Shown piece by piece: positions 60,627 through 64,000 of a DNA stretch of 64,000 bases (position 1 is its first letter; each line of letters starts with the position of its first letter). Source of the DNA: an uncultured Psychroserpens sp. Its GTDB lineage: Bacteria; Bacteroidota; Bacteroidia; Flavobacteriales; Flavobacteriaceae. The stretch spans positions 758 through 64,757 of the forward strand of contig CAJQOA010000019.1 of NCBI GenBank assembly GCA_905479815.1, in the 5' to 3' direction. A program made the position numbers and the translations under genes. Below the pieces are notes generated by a model, which searched no databases, was not told the origin of the DNA, and was given only the letters and a program-made list of their open reading frames with translations.

Positions 60627-62012
60627 ATGAAAAATTCAATAAAAAATGTTGCTCTAGGCACAATTAAAACTTTTGAATCACAATTAGAAGGCCAACTTAT
60701 ATTACCATCCCATATAGATTATAATGACACACGTAAAGTGTATAATGCAATGATCGATAAACATCCAGGATTATTTGCCATGTGTGAAACTGTTGATGAT
60801 GTGAAAGCTTCAGTAAATTTCGGGCGAGATAATAACTTACTAATCGCTATTAGAGGTGGAGGTCACAACGGAGCTGGCTTAGGCTTATGCGATGATGGTT
60901 TGGTTATAGATTTGTCTGGAATTAAGTTTGTAGATGTAGACACTTCAAACAATACAGTAAAAGTTGGAGGAGGTAATATTTGGAATGAAGTTGATGAAGC
61001 TACTCATCCATTTGGTTTGGCAATCCCCTCAGGAATGATATCTACAACAGGTGTTGGAGGCTTAACACTTGGAGGAGGAGTTGGATATTTAACACGGAAA
61101 TATGGACTTACCATAGATAATCTATTGGAAGCAGAAATGGTCTTAGCAGATGGTACATTTGTTACTGTTAATGCTACAGAAAATATTGATCTCTTTTGGG
61201 CTATTCGTGGTGGTGGTGGGAATTTTGGTGTCGTGACATCATTTACATTTCAAGCACATCCTGTCAAAATGCTAATTGGAGGTCCAACATTATGGCCAAT
61301 TGAAAGGGTTGAAGAAATAATGGCGTGGTATGATACATTTATTCAAGAAACTACAGAAGACCTAAATGGGTTTATTGCTACTATGGTGATTCCAGAATCT
61401 CCATTTCCAGCAGAATTGCATAATAAAAAGTTTTGCGGTATTGTATGGTGTTATGTAGGAGATCCCAATAAATTTGAAGCCTTATTTAAAGAGGTCTTAG
61501 ATCTTAACCCTGTATTTGCACATGTAGGCGATATGCCTTATCCAGCATTGCAAACCATGTTTGATGGTCTTTTACCTCCAGGATTGCAATGGTACTGGAG
61601 AGCAGACTTTTTTAATGACCTAGGGCCAGAAGTTAGAGCACAACATTTAAAATTTGGCTCAGCAATACCAACAGTACTATCGCAAATGCATTTATACCCA
61701 ATTACTGGAGCTGCAAGTAGAGTAGGTACTGAAGAAACACCTTGGGCTTACAGAGGTGCAAAATACGCAGGCGTATATATAGGTGTTGATCCAGAACCTG
61801 AGAATGCCGAAAAAATAACCAATTGGTGTAAATCATATTACGAAGCTTTACATCCATATTCAGCAGGAGGTGCCTATTCAAATTTTATGATGGATGAAGG
61901 TCAAGATCGCATAAAGGCTAGTTACAAACATAACTATGATAGGTTAGTGAGTATAAAAAGGACTTATGATCCAGAGAATGTATTTAGAGTAAATCAGAAT
62001 ATTAAACCCTGA
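60627..62012 (+). CDS. FAD-linked oxidoreductase (VAO/berberine-bridge family)
   Basis: RGGGHN (covalent-FAD His), TTGVGGLTLGGG, RGGGGNFGVVT, BBE C-terminus Y.NF...YDPENVFR.NQNI. Confidence 0.92.
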   Translation: MKNSIKNVALGTIKTFESQLEGQLILPSHIDYNDTRKVYNAMIDKHPGLFAMCETVDDVKASVNFGRDNNLLIAIRGGGHNGAGLGLCDDGLVIDLSGIKFVDVDTSNNTVKVGGGNIWNEVDEATHPFGLAIPSGMISTTGVGGLTLGGGVGYLTRKYGLTIDNLLEAEMVLADGTFVTVNATENIDLFWAIRGGGGNFGVVTSFTFQAHPVKMLIGGPTLWPIERVEEIMAWYDTFIQETTEDLNGFIATMVIPESPFPAELHNKKFCGIVWCYVGDPNKFEALFKEVLDLNPVFAHVGDMPYPALQTMFDGLLPPGLQWYWRADFFNDLGPEVRAQHLKFGSAIPTVLSQMHLYPITGAASRVGTEETPWAYRGAKYAGVYIGVDPEPENAEKITNWCKSYYEALHPYSAGGAYSNFMMDEGQDRIKASYKHNYDRLVSIKRTYDPENVFRVNQNIKP

Positions 62013-62057
62013 TAATTAATTATATAAGTTTCATTTTATTTTTAATAACTCTTATAA

Positions 62058-62085
62058 GAAAGCATCTATTAGGTGCTTTTTTTAT
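62058..62085 (+). terminator. Rho-independent terminator
   Basis: AAAGCATCT-att-AGGTGCTTTTTTT. Confidence 0.7.
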
Positions 62086-62237
62086 GTTTATTTTTTAATT
62101 TAAAATTCTACACATAACGTATATAAATTCAATCCAAACGCTTATTGTTTCAAACCTATCAAAAAAAGGTTCCCTGTTTTTTAGTGTGTTTTATCAAACT
62201 ACTTTGGCTTTAAATAAACTTTTAAAACCTATAGATT

Positions 62238-64000
62238 ATGAAAAAAACACTACTTATTTTAATGACTCTATTTACAATTGGAATAGGGTATTCGCAAACG
62301 TTTACCGAAAATTTTATTACGTATTCTGTAACCTCTGTTGCAGCTAATACAGTTCAAACAATAGACTATGATATGGCTGGAGGTACTATAGTTAATATAC
62401 CAAACATGGTCTCTTATAATGGAGTATCGTATAGTGTAACACAAATTGGTATAGATTCATTTTTTAATAATCAATTGACGAGTGTTACTATTCCTGATAG
62501 CGTTTTATATATAATAAATTTTGCTTTTGCAACTAACCAATTGCAAACTGTAACTATTCCAAATAGTGTTATTTCAATTGGTGGTAATGCTTTTGTCAAT
62601 AATCAGATAAGTAATTTGTCAATATCTAATGGTTTAACAGCTATTGGTCTTAGTGCTTTTGCAACAAATCAATTGACAAGCGTAACGCTTCCAGAGAGTA
62701 TAAATTCACTTGCAGCTTCAGTTTTCAATAATAACCCTTTAAATAGTGTTTTTTCACAAAGCTTAACACCTCCGATTATAACTACAGGAAGTGGAGACTC
62801 ATTTAATGTTGACCGTAGTACTATAGATTTGACAATACCAACTGGGACATCAACTGCATATGCCGCTGGAGGTTGGACAGGTTTTAATTCGGTTACAGAA
62901 GCAGTATCACTGGCAGTTGGCGATATCTTTGTTGTTGATTTTATAACTTATGAGGTTACTTCTATAACGCCAGATGCTGTTGAAGCTATAGATTATGATA
63001 TGGCTGGAGGTACAATAGTTAATATACCTGCATCAGTTATTAATAGTGTTACAAGTTATGATGTTACTAGTATTAAATTTCTTGCTTTTCAAAATAATGG
63101 ATTAACAAGTGCTATTATCCCTAATAGTGTTATAACTATTGGTACTGGCGCTTTTAGTGGTAATTCATTAACAAGTGCAACTATTGGTAATAATGTTATG
63201 AGTATTGGTGGTGGTGCTTTTCAAAATAATCAGTTAACAAGTATTGCTATACCCAATAGTGTAACAAGTATTGGTGGTAATGCTTTTATAAACAATTTGA
63301 TGACTAATGTTACTATACCTAGTAGTGTTTTAAGTATTGGTAACTGGGCTTTTCAAGGTAACCCCTTAACTTGTGTCATTTCCGAAGCAACAATACCACC
63401 TACAATAAGCAGTAATAATGTTGCTACAGATAGTTTTGGTAACCGTAGTACTATGAATTTATCAATCCCATCTGGCACAGCAAGTGCATATGCAGCAGCA
63501 GATTGGACTGGTTTCAACAGCGTTGCAGAAGGACTTACTGGAACTTTCGTAGTAGACAACATAACCTATCAAATTAATGCAAACCCAAATAATGAAGTAA
63601 CTGTTACAGATTATAACACAGCTGGAGGTACAATTGTAAATATACCTGCTACTGTTTCTAGCGGTTGTACAGATTTTAATGTTACAATTATTGGGAATAA
63701 TGCTTTATCATCCAAAGGTTTAACTAGTGTTAGTATTCCAAATAGTGTTACTGCTATAGAGCTTCAAGCTTTTAATTCTAATAACTTAACTGGTACTTTA
63801 ACGATCCCAGATAGCGTTCTAACTATTGGTAATGGCGCATTTGCAAATAGTTCTTTAACAGAAGTAATATTTGGTAATAATCTTACAGATATTGGTGGTG
63901 GTGCTTTTACAGGTAATAATTTGACCGAGATTATTATTCCTAGTAGTGTTACTAATATTGATATACTAGCTTTTTTTGGTAATCCATTAGCCAATGTAAT
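62238..64000 (+). CDS. BspA-type leucine-rich-repeat surface protein, 3'-truncated by window (absent from ORF track)
   Basis: Manual translation MKKTLLILMTLFTIGIGYSQTF...; repeats LTSVTIP.SV..IG..AF..N; no stop found before window end. Confidence 0.9.
   Translation, partial: MKKTLLILMTLFTIGIGYSQTFTENFITYSVTSVAANTVQTIDYDMAGGTIVNIPNMVSYNGVSYSVTQIGIDSFFNNQLTSVTIPDSVLYIINFAFATNQLQTVTIPNSVISIGGNAFVNNQISNLSISNGLTAIGLSAFATNQLTSVTLPESINSLAASVFNNNPLNSVFSQSLTPPIITTGSGDSFNVDRSTIDLTIPTGTSTAYAAGGWTGFNSVTEAVSLAVGDIFVVDFITYEVTSITPDAVEAIDYDMAGGTIVNIPASVINSVTSYDVTSIKFLAFQNNGLTSAIIPNSVITIGTGAFSGNSLTSATIGNNVMSIGGGAFQNNQLTSIAIPNSVTSIGGNAFINNLMTNVTIPSSVLSIGNWAFQGNPLTCVISEATIPPTISSNNVATDSFGNRSTMNLSIPSGTASAYAAADWTGFNSVAEGLTGTFVVDNITYQINANPNNEVTVTDYNTAGGTIVNIPATVSSGCTDFNVTIIGNNALSSKGLTSVSIPNSVTAIELQAFNSNNLTGTLTIPDSVLTIGNGAFANSSLTEVIFGNNLTDIGGGAFTGNNLTEIIIPSSVTNIDILAFFGNPLANV

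Noticed and set aside
346-63994. Numerous short ORFs antisense or out of frame to long genes (e.g. 346-627, 11360-11668, 16649-16957, 33734-34078, 55241-55618, 63353-63562, 63764-63994)
   Set aside because: They overlap well-supported genes and show no motifs; typical shadow ORFs
1-64000. Prophage, integrase, transposase, tRNA or rRNA
   Set aside because: No such motifs recognised by eye, and intergenic gaps are short; tRNAscan/ISEScan were not run

Overview
AT-rich chromosomal segment of a marine-type Flavobacteriaceae member (Bacteroidota). The assignment is inferred from TAnnTTTG promoters, A-rich starts without Shine-Dalgarno sites and T9SS genes. About 50 CDS; I recognised no rRNA, tRNA, CRISPR array or IS element. 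Left part: Fe-S (CCG) oxidoreductase, YdbS/YdbT PH pair, serB, a GH3/beta-lactamase-fold fusion, bshA, DUF1853, two helicases, yqaE/Pmp3 (missed by the ORF track), and a LytS/LytTR pair divergent from an ABC ATPase plus an ABC-permease/M1-aminopeptidase fusion broken by an in-frame TAA. Centre: gliding-motility operon sprC-sprD-sprB-sprF on the minus strand, with a 48-bp tandem array in sprD and 20-bp-phased upstream motifs. Right part: cold-shock proteins, desaturase, Crp, a T9SS cargo protein, an exonuclease, a cluster CSP-DEAD-DEAD(DbpA)-atypical Zn/SDR-DnaJ/KTSC, a sulfatase, a DUF4242-AraC regulator with probable targets, and a BspA-type LRR protein running off the window. The best candidates for novelty are (i) the RNA-helicase/atypical SDR/J-KTSC cluster, (ii) an apparently unannotated ~80-nt promoter-GNRA hairpin-terminator unit at 12187-12280, and (iii) a long structured 5' leader on a cold-shock protein with a membrane-targeting-like N-terminus. 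All family assignments come from recalled motifs, not database searches.
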